Origin: Antedon mediterranea
Lineage: Eukaryota > Animalia > Echinodermata
Assembly (NCBI RefSeq): GCF_964355755.1
Contig: NC_092674.1
Span: 4,898,001-4,962,000 of the forward strand
DNA length: 64,000 bases
Reading direction: 5' to 3'
The notes below the pieces were generated by a model. It saw only the letters and a list, made by a program, of their open reading frames with translations. It was not told the origin of the DNA and ran no database searches. Positions 52,516 through 64,000 of this stretch are shown here, one piece after another. Within the stretch, counting starts at the first letter, position 1, and every line of letters begins with the position of its first letter. The position numbers and the translations under genes were made by a program.

Positions 52516-53832
52516 ATGAATGAAATGGATATTCGGCCAGTTTTGCGCAAGCCGGAATTTTTTCTGGAGAGTTGGTTTATGGAAAAACTATTATCACATG
52601 ACTTGACGGAGTTTGATGAAAGTTTCCTATCTCTTCCAATGACAAATTACAATTTGAATAGGTCTCCATCAAGGAAGAACGGTGATTTAAAATTAGTTAT
52701 AGAGAAAACGTGTGAAAGAAGGGATAGTTATGAAACCAAAGATAAGCTGCCATCTAGGCCTAGGCCTACTGATGTTTTGCTTAAAGAAGAAGATTCCAAA
52801 ACGCATGTCTTAATCTCGAGTCCCCAACATCGTTCTACTAATTTAAGACGCCCTCTAGAGGCTGATATAACATTATCGCCCATATCTCCAAAGTTTGTTC
52901 GTTTTGAAGACGAAGAAAAACATAGGAGGCGTAACATAGAAGTGGGGTCTCCTGTTAAACTTCGAGAACGACCACTTCCAAGTGATTTAGCCTCTTTAGA
53001 ACTCGACAAGTTGGAACCAAATTTCCAAATCTCGCAATACCTGAACGATGCCATCGTGAACTGTGACTGGGAAATTAAACGGTTGTTGTTCTCTTTGCTT
53101 GCTGAGAAAACACATATTAATCTTGATCAATATATTGTTGGAAGTCTGGATAAAAAGCAAATTAGTGATAAAAAGAAAACCAATATTCAGACTAGGCCTA
53201 ATAATGACAGTGATGAAGTCGATGTTGCATTAATTAGAAATAATGTCCTAAGTAAAGCCGTAGAGTTAGGATGGACAACGGAGTCTACAATAAGTAAAGA
53301 TTTAGGCTGGACAACAAAGGCTACAACAAGTAAAGTCGTAGATTTAGGATGGACAACGGAGGCTAGAACAAGTAAAGTCGTAGATTTAGGCTGGACAACG
53401 GAGGCTACAACAAGTAAAGCCGTAGAGTTAGACTGGACAACAAAGGCTACAACAAGTAAAGCCGTAGAGTTAGGCTGGACATCGGAGGCTACAACAAGTT
53501 TATCAATTAATGAAAGTTCACTGCTTGATGAAAATCAAGAAAACACAACTAGTAATTTCGAAAACAATGATAGCCATGCTCGTCACATATTCGTAAAGTT
53601 AAGCGAACAAGTGAAGAATTTTATATCTGATGGAAAAGCACTTTTATGTAAATTTAATTTAAGGAATACAAAAGCATGTGAAGAAGCCGATGATCTAATT
53701 CAGAAACCCAAGTCTTCCAGCACAACCTCGACAACGGTTAAGAAGTCTCCGCCCAAAACGAATGAAGCGGCTCCGCAATTAAGACGATCTGCCCGCTTGT
53801 CTGCGATTCGAAATAAGTTCATCAAAACGTGA
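52516..53832 (+). CDS. Uncharacterised 438-aa protein with SP-rich region, 14-aa repeats and C-terminal RRSARLSA
   Basis: Long ORF directly after an acceptor (TTTCAG/AATG). Repeats KVVDLGWTTEATTS at about 53249-53499. Confidence 0.75.
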   Translation: MNEMDIRPVLRKPEFFLESWFMEKLLSHDLTEFDESFLSLPMTNYNLNRSPSRKNGDLKLVIEKTCERRDSYETKDKLPSRPRPTDVLLKEEDSKTHVLISSPQHRSTNLRRPLEADITLSPISPKFVRFEDEEKHRRRNIEVGSPVKLRERPLPSDLASLELDKLEPNFQISQYLNDAIVNCDWEIKRLLFSLLAEKTHINLDQYIVGSLDKKQISDKKKTNIQTRPNNDSDEVDVALIRNNVLSKAVELGWTTESTISKDLGWTTKATTSKVVDLGWTTEARTSKVVDLGWTTEATTSKAVELDWTTKATTSKAVELGWTSEATTSLSINESSLLDENQENTTSNFENNDSHARHIFVKLSEQVKNFISDGKALLCKFNLRNTKACEEADDLIQKPKSSSTTSTTVKKSPPKTNEAAPQLRRSARLSAIRNKFIKT

Positions 53833-55762
53833 CGGCAGTAGGCCTAGAATGAAAACAGCAGACAATTGCTAACTCTGTTTATCGAGTTAGTACAAAATCA
53901 TGTATACGATAATGATATACTAAACCGAGCAATGTAGGCCTCTTCTCTACTGCTAAACAAAGAAGTATGGTGAGGTAATAATTTATGAAATAAAGTTTAA
54001 GTGTCATCATATGATATTACCTGGATAAATGAATATTCATGACTAATTATAATGTTTGCCTTATATTTTTCAAATTAAATATTTATAATTGTTTGTCTAG
54101 TATAATATTAACAAAGTCAAGCGTCTTTGACTTTTTTTTAGCTAGTTTAGTACGGTACGGTACCAACCAGCAACACAACCAAGTCTCATGACAAACGTAC
54201 AGTATTGCATACTGCCAAACGATATGAAATAATATTTATTCATTTACCATTCATTCAACAATATATTTTTATTCATTTACCATTCATTCAACAATATATA
54301 TATTTAAAATACATAACAAAGAAAAAATACAAACAATTGGAATATTAAAATTCAATAAAACCAAAGTGAATGGATGCAAGAACGACCCATAAAATCGACA
54401 TGTCAATTTATTACCAATGGGGTCCATTGCAAGAGAAATCGGGGATGAGAAAGTGAACAAGGATCATAAGAAAAACATATGGAAATGTGAAAGACATAAA
54501 AAAAACAATAAAAAATCACATAAAATGTTAAAAAGGTAATATAAAAAAAAGTAAAGAGCAACAATATCATAAAACCGGAATATATAAAATCGTATAACGC
54601 ATACACAATGTAATATAAGGTATAGAAACTTTATTGTCTCAAAATGTTAATATCATTACATTATTGGTAATAAACTAACATCTATATGATTCTACAAAAT
54701 CTAAGGCACTGTCAGATCGGACATGCATATTGCGATGAAAATGCACCAAATTTGAAAAAAAAAACATAACCATAGGTATACCAATTACACACTCCTCCCA
54801 TAAGAACCCTTAATTTAAGATCCTCCAATTAAAGACCTTAGTCAGAAACTTCCATTTAAATACTACATTTCTGTAAATCAGGCCATATTCATTTATTTAT
54901 AGCAGGATTCATCAGTTATATACTGTAATTGTAAAGTTATATATGATGACCAAATAAATGTTAATGAATGAATTTAACCACCAAAACAGCGTGATCATAA
55001 AATAGAAAAGAAAAATAGAAAGAATCAAGAAATAACGTAGACCTATGGCCATTCTAAAGGTTCAACTCGACTAAAGATCACTACACACATGGTCCCTAGA
55101 CTTGCCCCAAGTCTGTATTATCTTTTTTTATATATATTTGTTTTTATTTCGACCGCGATTTTTGTCTGAAAATCCAAAATCAAGTAGTATACGTATGAAA
55201 CGCCATATGTGCCAAAATATTTATCTTTTTACTAACATTAAGACAAAACTCCGTCTGGAACCCAGACTAACATGGTCCCATTCAAATCTGGTACATGGAG
55301 AATCATGGAATTACAGTATGAATTCATTTGTTATGTCTTGTAGAGATTAAGAAACACCACCGAAACTTGCACCCAAATTTACATAACCAGAAAACTTCTG
55401 CATATAATTATAACACAACCAATAATAATCAATAAGCCGAGTATTAATAGTGCTATATCTTAATGGTAATATAATCATTATAGTTTAATGGGTCTGTGTC
55501 CAAAATAATTACAAATTCGAATATCAAAATATACCTTTATTTATATTGCACGACTTTTGTCATTATAGATCCGATATAATTCATAAAGTTTTTTTTTCAC
55601 TAGGAACGTAACACGCGACAAGCGACTGTTCGAATAATCCATCGTGTGTGATCAAATTACTTGCGTTTCTCTTACGTCCTTGCGTTACGTCCTAGTGGGA
55701 ACCAAGCTTAATATGCCTACAGTACTTTGTAATCAAAACATAAATTGTCACTGATATCGTTA

Positions 55763-56134
55763 AGGCCCATTTAACACTGGATAAATAGACATTTTTCTTG
55801 GATAAAACAAAAGAAATTAGAACAGTTTTCGTTCTAGAACTATAGGATAATCATTTATGCCATATTTGATAAAAATAATATTTTTAAAAATCCAATCAAA
55901 TGACGTCATGATCAATAAAAACAATAAAATCGTTGTATTGTAACGGTATTATTGCTCTTACTAATCGTAACGTCATTTGATTGGACGTGTGGAAATATTA
56001 TTTTGATCAAAGGCAGCATAGATGATAATCCTATAATTCTAGGATGAAAACTTTTTAAAATTCTTTTGTTTTAGGTATGAAAAATGCATATTCTATTTAT
56101 TGTCGTTAGTTATCGCCCTAGTGTAAATGGGTCT
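55763..56134. mobile_element. Fold-back Harbinger-like MITE
   Basis: GGCCCATTT.ACACT / AGTGTAAATGGGTC ends with about 150-bp imperfect inverted arms. Confidence 0.7.
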
Positions 56135-56806
56135 TTCTCGTTACATACATTTAAATGTGTAATAATACGTTAGAATATCTGCAAATATTAAGATTCTTGT
56201 ATTATTTATGTATTAGTAACAGTTTAAATATAACTTTCATTCCAGGCACGCTCGTTACAAACGAGATATATTGGATAAGTAGACTACGAAGAGTATGCAG
56301 TACTTGCTAAATTACCATACATCTACGTAAAAATATTTTGATAGGTCCAACACCGTGGTGATAAATAGCGATGGAGGTGGCTCTAATGATGGGAGAATTA
56401 TGAAAACATGGTGTTTGCATTTTAGTGGAAAGTTTTTAAAGTACTGGATAATATTTGCATCCGGGTGTAAACCACCCATTCAGATAATTCATTTCTTCTT
56501 CTACATCATATTCATACTTCTATTGAAATCTCAAGCAGTCAAATATATACTCACTATATTACGCCCTGGCGGTTAATACTGTAATTTCTATCACATGGAA
56601 AATCGAGTATATTTTTCTTCTATGTTCAGAACTGCCAACGTGTACAGTAGGCCTACTGGTGTTATAGCACCGTCATAAGCAATCAACATTTTGTTGGGAG
56701 TTGTTTAAACTAATTTCTTGTAGGCTGATAAAATATTAGCTTTCTTTGCAATTGAGTTTAAGAAGGTGTAAAATAATTAACAATTACCCTACGACTGCAG
56801 CATAAA

Positions 56807-59072
56807 CTATGAATTACTGCTTTTATCTGTTTTCACTTTTTTATCTTTCTTTTTTCTGAAACTAAACAATCTTCTAATTTTCTTATTTTTCGTCTTTTTG
56901 GAAGTTTGTTCTGCAAGTGTGGGAATGGGAAGAGTTGCTGAATTCACGAATATCGAGCTGGCACTTCCAGCTGAAGTATGCGGTAAACGAGGCATTTCTT
57001 CAACAGAAATATCATTTACTGATTTAACAGTTCGAATTTTCTTTCTTGCTGCTTTTTTCTTTTCACTTCCAGATTCAGATTTACTTCTATCATCAGTGTG
57101 TTCTTCTTCGGTTAATCGAGCTTTTAACTCATTTGTTTTTTCGTTCAAATGTTCGATTGTATTTGATTTTTTCTCAAGTTTGGCTTTAAGCTGTTGTATT
57201 TCTTCTTTCAGAAGTAGATTTTCTTCGACAGATGGCGACCGTGCTAGATTAGTGTCATAAGACAGACTCATCACACTATTGTAACAAGAGCTGGCGTTAG
57301 ATGGTGCATCACTACAAACAGATAAAAACGAGTCACTGCTTTGACCCAGTTTCAGGTTTTGTTGTTCTACCTGAGTCAGACGATGCCGCAGACCATGTGT
57401 TATGTTTTTCAGTCGGGAAATTTCTTCATTTTTAGTTTTTACTTCGGAACGCAACGTCCGAACATTACCGCGCATGTCTTGTCTCGTGCCAAGTGGCTCA
57501 GAGAATGACTCATCCTGTTTACCTAGTGTTGTTTGGTTAGGTGATGCAAAAGGTTGAGGTGATGGTGACAGCCGACTGTCAAGTGAGTTTGGCGTTCCAG
57601 AAACGATCATTCTTAGGCAATGCTCATTCCAATCGAAATCTAAGCCATCAGTGGATGAGAACGGACTATGTGCGTGGTTTGAAGCAGTTCCTGGTGACAA
57701 GGTGTTAAAACTTCCTTTGGTAGGTATCACGACCTCTTCGACTAGTATTGTCTCTTCTTCAGTGATGCATGTCACAAGCACTTTTGAAGGAGAGAGAACG
57801 GTTGACTCCGAATTTTCACTGGGGTTGTTTTCATCGTTCGTATTTATACCAGAGTCAAAGAGATCAAGATTGGTTGGTCTTGATGCTGCAACTGATGGTG
57901 CAATCTCATCCTCTGGAAGGTCACTGGCAGAACCTTCACCAGACGAGTCTCCCACCACTAACGTATCGGATACGTCATCACTAACCTCACAATCAGAAGT
58001 TGAATCTATTTTACCAGACTGTTCATCAAGCATTTCCTGATTTAATGGACATGCCGACTCTTCGGCAGAAACCTCTTTTGCCGAGCACTGCTCGGAAATT
58101 ATTGTCCTATGTTTTGAACCATTCGTGTCAGAAGAGGATCTTACTATATCATGGTTTAATTTTCTATCCGAATTTTGTTCTGGAAAACATGATACTGTCG
58201 TTACGTCATCAGTTTCACCAACGCATTGAGGAGACGCATTTGTGTCAGATATATGTGCTGTTCTCACTGTACTGTCACGTGACTTACTACTTGATGACGT
58301 AACACCATGGACTAAATCAGAAGCATCTAAACTGTGTGATTCTGTAACAGTACTACATTGGATAGGAATATGTGTCGCATCAATTTCTGATTTCTCAGAA
58401 AAATTAGAATCCATTACATTTCCGCGTACTACGTCATCGTTTGTATGCCTTTCATTTTCACTATTGGAAGACGTTTTTTTAGTAGGATTATTGCACGGTT
58501 GTAATACATCTAGCAATGAATTTTGTTTAATGTTTTGTTCAAACGTAATGTCATGTGTTAGCAATTTAGCTTCAGCGACGTGTATGTCTGTTTTAATGTT
58601 CGAGGATGAAAAATGGGCGGCATCGATTATATCGTCTGCTTTTAAGTCATTTCTGCTGTCAATCAAGTTAAATATTTCTTGATTTTGTTTAATTTGTGCA
58701 CTTTTTATATCTTCTGTGATAGGCTGGGAATCAATAAATTCAGTACTTCCTGTGTCGTCATCATCATCTTTAATATCCTCATCATCATCATGGTCATTAT
58801 CACGTGATGTGTTTTCACTTGAAAATATATTTGTATTGGTCTCATCCACCTTTTCTGTATCAAAATCAGTTTCATCATAGGATTCAACCACACATGTAAT
58901 TTCCGATGATAAACACGAATCGGCGTTCGGGGAATCGGCGTTCGGGGAATCGGTGTTCGGGAATTCTTCGTCGGTCCAAGATTGTTTGTGCAGATCTTGG
59001 ATTGGAGGTTCGGATTTATCGTTTTTCAATAGCCCATCAATGACGTCATCGTTGTTTTCCGGTACGAAATCA
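56807..59072 (-). CDS. Large terminal exon of an uncharacterised acidic/Ser-rich protein with two coiled coils and a basic tail; 5' partial
   Basis: About 755-codon open frame after the acceptor TTCATTTAG at 59073. Heptad segments VRTLRSEV...LKL and LLLKEEIQQLKAKL... are present. Upstream exons were not identified. Confidence 0.8.
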
Positions 59073-60029
59073 CTAAATGAAATGGAAAAAAACATCTATG
59101 AAACTATACTTTATAAATGTCCTTTAAAATTAAAATATATGTTATCAATGATGAAAGTATATACTATCAAAACTGACCCGTAGGCCTACGATCGAAGGAA
59201 GGGACATCGCATCTATTCATTAACAGACTACACACTTTATTGCTACGTACCAACCATTTATACAAAACAAACACATTTATTATTTATGAACAATAATGCA
59301 TTTAAATAAGTCATTTCTGCAGGAAATGTCTGAATTTCCTCTCATATTAATATAAACTGTATTCTCTTTGTTTTAAAACGACAATCACAACAGCAGACCT
59401 ATATCGATTATTAAGTGTTTTTGTTATCAGTTGTCGAGTCTGCTCTTTTACTGTGCATTGATCACATTGATCTGCTGCGATAATGGAGGACAGATAGAAA
59501 TTCAATTTGAAAACGGATTATTGAAGGGTCGGAGATCATTCATAACGGCGCATTAATTCATAAATTATAGGCCCCCTGATTATTTTCACACAGGCATTAA
59601 GCCTAAAGTATTCCCAACCTGTTAAAATCCGGGTCTCTTATGATGAAAGAAAGCCTGAACCCCGGAAATAACCCCTGGATTCGTAACTGTGGACGTTTAG
59701 AAAACTTCCCACCAATACGATGGTTTTTCTACCTTCATCCACCATTTAACCCGCGTAGGCCTATACATTTTAGGATTTAGATGTGCTCTTCGCCTCGTCA
59801 ACCAACATGCATAATTAACATTAGGAGTCAATGTAAACGTGGAACTCATTTAACAACCACCTGGTACTGGTAAATCAATTCATGCCATATAAAATATCAT
59901 GAATAATACGAACAGGTTGTAATTTGAAGAACCCGCATCAAATAATAATAATAATAATCTAAGAATAATAACTGAATTCGGTACGCGCGGTTAAATGAAA
60001 GTTAACGTCATAACATAAACTCTGGTTAA

Positions 60030-60208
60030 AGCTTGGTTCCCACTAGAACGTAACGCAAGGACGTAAACGCAACGTAAGCGTGTTGACCAATGACAAGCGA
60101 AGTTATAGACAGTTAGCAATCACAAGCGAATAAGCCATCGCTTGTGATTGGTCAATTCACTTGCGTTGCGTTACGTCCTTGCGTTGCGTCGCTAGTGGGA
60201 ACCACGCT
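60030..60208. mobile_element. Harbinger-like MITE family B (intact)
   Basis: AGCTTGGTTCCCACTAG... / ...CTAGTGGGAACCACGCT with TAA TSD. Decayed copies near 2400, 7150, 19380, 29115, 30010, 33120, 35330 and 55600. Confidence 0.88.
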
Positions 60209-62595
60209 TAAGGAATAGGCCTAATGTTGGGGAGACTTGACTGGGAATTTAGTAGAAAGATATGAATTCTCATGGTATCGGCATACGAATATTTTTCAGT
60301 TTGATATCCAAACAATTAATTGTTTTTGCCAACAATTTAAGATGAACCATCCCGAATATAAAAAAGTGCTTGAGACATTCAAGAAAAAATAAATTTAAAA
60401 GTCCATAATTAATTAATGTTCTGTGTAAATGGATTGGTAGACTCTTAGGCTAATTACTTTCCAGAAACACACTTTAAAAGATGAATTTGAAAATGAATTG
60501 CATTAATTACATTAGTGATAATAGCCACGTGACTAATAAACGCCCTCAATTAGGTACGGTCGTGAAAAAACTTTTTTAAAGTACATAATTTTCTGTGCTT
60601 TGAATATACTCTAAAAAAGCATAAATATGAATAAATTATGCAGACCTAAAAGCAGAAAACACTGTGAGGAAATGATGTTGGTAGTACAGGATTGAAGATG
60701 ACCAAAGAAATGTATGGTGATTATTATAATTGGCCTCTCAGCCTAGTTAGGTCTATGTCTGGGCTAGGCTTAAGTTAAGCATGGCCTAGCTAGTTAGGTT
60801 ACCGCTAGCTGGAGTAGTAGGCCTACTAGTAATAGTTTGGCCTAAAGAAGGCCTAAATTATTGGATGGCCTAGACGTCTCTAATGCACCATTGTCGTACT
60901 AGGCCTAAAGAACTATACCACAGAAACACCTGCAAATTTAGAATTTAGATAGACTAGTCTTTAAAATTAGCTATTTTATTCAATCAATTTCAACTTTTTT
61001 AAAGTTTGAATTAGCCACACATTTTTCACATAAAATGCGTTAAGGTAGTACGTAGATCGGTAGGTAGGTAGATAAGCAAGTAGGTATAAGGTAGGTAGGT
61101 AGTGACTATACTGGGTTTATTCGCGCTCCCGACATACAGATCCAACTCGAGCAGCCAGTCTCTGAGAAAAACTAATTTTAGATATAATTCTTAGTAATAG
61201 ACAGGATGACATCAAAATCGGTCCGGCCTATATTTGTCGTGACAGACCCCTAGTTTGTGTAAATATATTTAGGGTTGGCAAAAATAAATTCAGAAAATAA
61301 ACAAGTGAGCTTCGCAAAACAACTAAATAATGTTATTTAAGAGTGTATGTATGGGCCTACACACGCACATCAAATCTGCATTAGGTCAAAGTTTAATTGT
61401 AGGCCTACCAGTAATGTTTTATTTTTAACTATAACTATTTGTAACGCCTTTGAAAGCTCCTCTATTCACATGCATATTTGATGTAAAAACGGAATTATTC
61501 ATGACTTTATAGGACACTACACAGTCCATGAACTCTAAACAAAAAGCATACTATATTTATATGAGTAAACAAGGTCTTTCCTGAAGATATCGGAAATAGG
61601 TAGCGGACTGTGGTATCAACAACTTCCGTTTTAAGGAGGGATATGCGCTTCGCGAAGAAGATATAATGAAAAATGATCGTGATCATGTATTAGATACATT
61701 ATCATTACACATTTGACCTACTTTTAAAAAGTGTGCATTGTAAACCCCTACATAAAATTACATTACATGACAAATATTTTTGAGAGACGCCCTAAATGGG
61801 ACCTGCTATTTATACTGGTAAAGCCTTCTTATGTCTACATAATTATTCTAAATAGTAGTGTAGTATATGCCTACCATACGTGTTCCCTTAATAGTATAGC
61901 TTTCCCTTGGAGCCTATTATATAACCGTATACTGCGCTTTGCCGCTTTAGAGTGTTCAAGCATGGAGAAATAAGTATACTTCATTTCGCCATGGTTCAAG
62001 TATTGTACGCCGTATTTTTATTACCGGTGATATTGATATGTAGTCCTAAATTAATTGCTTTGTTTGTCGACACTGATAAACCCTTGCCTGTATTCAAACA
62101 AGTTTCTAAAATGTAATATCTACTACAATAAATTGAATTGTATTCGACAAAAATAGGCTTACGCATAGGCATGGCCTAACATACGGTCTTGTGCAGGCCT
62201 TACTCGTCTCTGAGCAGGGCATATTGTAGCACAGAATCTAAAGATTATATATAGTGATGAGTATGCCATACATAATGAGAAATAGCATTGATATCGTGAA
62301 TGTAACATATAGGCTATATGGTCACAGAAACAACCCCTTGACATTATAATGTCGTAATATGATTAAGCATTTGAAAGTCAATTCTGCTGCAACGTTTTTT
62401 TTAATGTAAACGATATTAACGCATATCTCTGATATTACGATTTAGAAATAAGTGTTTACTTTATTATAATAAAAGGCTTATGTGGGCTTACTATAAGTAG
62501 GAAGACATACCAGTGGTCTGATTGAATAAAGTTATACAGCGGCCAAGTATTTAATAACATGCATTCAATATGTCTGTATGAATATTATGGCATAT

Positions 62596-62820
62596 GTAGT
62601 GGAGCTGTAACTTGGTGGTTAACTTGCTTGCCTTTCAATCCCAATTTCCGGGGTTCAATCCTGACCTAGTGCCAGGGTTGTAACTCACGGCTCTTTCAAC
62701 TCCACTCCCTAAGCCTCAAATGAGACTTAGTTTATAAGCACGATACATTATAAAATAGTTTATCCATCCTGTAATTGGCGAGTTTGTGCTCGCTATTGGA
62801 TGTGTATGAAATAAAATTAA
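62596..62820 (+). mobile_element. tRNA-derived SINE family 1
   Basis: A box TAACTTGGTGG, B box GGTTCAATCC, family body and AATAAA tail. Confidence 0.82.
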
Positions 62821-62868
62821 AATGTAATATTAGAACCGGTAATTTGAAGACATTTACTATTGCGTATC

Positions 62869-63340
62869 CGGATATTCACCCCCTGGACATTTACCCCCCG
62901 GAAAACTACCCCCGGACAACCACCACCTGGACCACTACCCCCTTAGGACAACTACCCCTATAGGACAACTACCCCCCGGACAAATACCCCCCCGGACAAA
63001 TACCCCCCCGGACAACTACCCCCTTAGGACAACAACCCCCTTAGGACAACTACCCCCTGGACAACTACCCCCCGGACAATTACCCCTAGGAACAATTACC
63101 CCCCGGACAATTACCCCCGGACAATTACCCCCCCCCCCCCCCCCTGGGTAATTACCCCGCGGACAACTACCTCTGACACAATACTCTCCGTAGGACAACT
63201 ACTTCCTGGACAATACTCCGAGGGCAAATAATCTTTTAGGACAACTACCTCCGTAGGACAACTAACCCCTGGACAACTATCACCCAGACAACTATCCCTG
63301 TAGAACAACTACCCCACGGACGGACAACTACCACCCAGAC
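62869..63340. repeat. GGACAACTACCCCC minisatellite (14-16 bp unit), probably a transposon subterminal array
   Basis: About 28 degenerate units that decay rightwards; G-rich on the minus strand. Confidence 0.85.
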
Positions 63341-64000
63341 CAATCAACAACCTGACTGCAACAGTGTATAATAGGAATTAATAACTATATTTTAATTCGT
63401 TACTTTGACAAATTACTATTCATTATTGTAAACAAAAGTAAAAGATTGAACATAAATATAGCCTGGTATAAACTGAAGATTGTCACACATGATCATAGGA
63501 TAGTCGAACGTATTATATAGTACTCCCTGTATTTACTGTAAAGACTGGGTTCGCTAATAATAATAATAATTTTTGCGTCAGGACAATGCTTCGATAACCA
63601 CTGGTCTTAAAAGAATTAATTTTTGTCTAAAATTTGTCATATATGTATTTTTGTACACTTGAAGAATAATATCACTTTTGATATTTGACCTCAATGTTCA
63701 CTCACCGAATAAACGGCGATCTTTAAATAAATTCCCCTCAAATAAACGGTGACCATGTCACTCCCATGAAACATCATATGGAATAATCGGCGTCTATTTC
63801 CATTAGATTATACCCCCTCCCATTGAATAAACAACTTTCTTCCAATACATGTCCACCTAAAAACTACCTAAACAATAAACAGCCCAGGCCGTTTTTTTCA
63901 ATAAATACGGTACTTTAAATCTAGCACATCTAGGGTCTAGCGTGCTGTTAAACAGAATAATCGGTTAAAAACGGGTGTTTCGAAACTAGAGACCCGAAAC

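Noticed and set aside
56898-59183. Plus-strand ORFs opposite the 762-aa frame
   Set aside because: Antisense shadows of a low-complexity coding exon.
62596-62670. tRNA gene
   Set aside because: A and B boxes are present, but it continues into a dispersed SINE body with no intact cloverleaf.
63016-63308. Gly/Cys/Pro-rich ORFs
   Set aside because: Translation of a minisatellite.

Overview
AT-rich, intron-containing animal genomic DNA, probably an invertebrate deuterostome such as an echinoderm (inferred from gene content and a Deu-type SINE). It is not prokaryotic and has no CRISPR array. Six host protein-coding genes could be assembled by hand from GT-AG splice sites. (1) A THSD1-like gene on the minus strand: signal peptide, THSD1-type ectodomain, TSP1 and an extra CUB domain; it runs off the left edge. 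(2) A 9-exon secreted protein with four C-type lectin domains and a PAN/Apple domain. (3) A complete 8-exon PAICS (424 aa). (4) A 5-exon C8orf48/DUF4606 homolog. (5) A single-exon 438-aa unknown protein ending in the HMGN core motif RRSARLSA. (6) The large last exon of an acidic, coiled-coil protein. The non-coding DNA is full of MITEs (Harbinger-, Kolobok-, MULE/Merlin- and hAT-like), tRNA-derived SINEs, LINE ends and satellites. The most unusual signals are: 30-34 bp palindromes with 7-bp target duplications that look like P-element excision scars; strong over-representation of TAGGCCTA; a 3-kb TIR element with a 7-bp TSD and a spliced ORF inside PAICS intron 1; a 5-bp-TSD element; and RFX X-boxes upstream of the THSD1-like gene. 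All homology calls come from recalled sequences, not from database searches.
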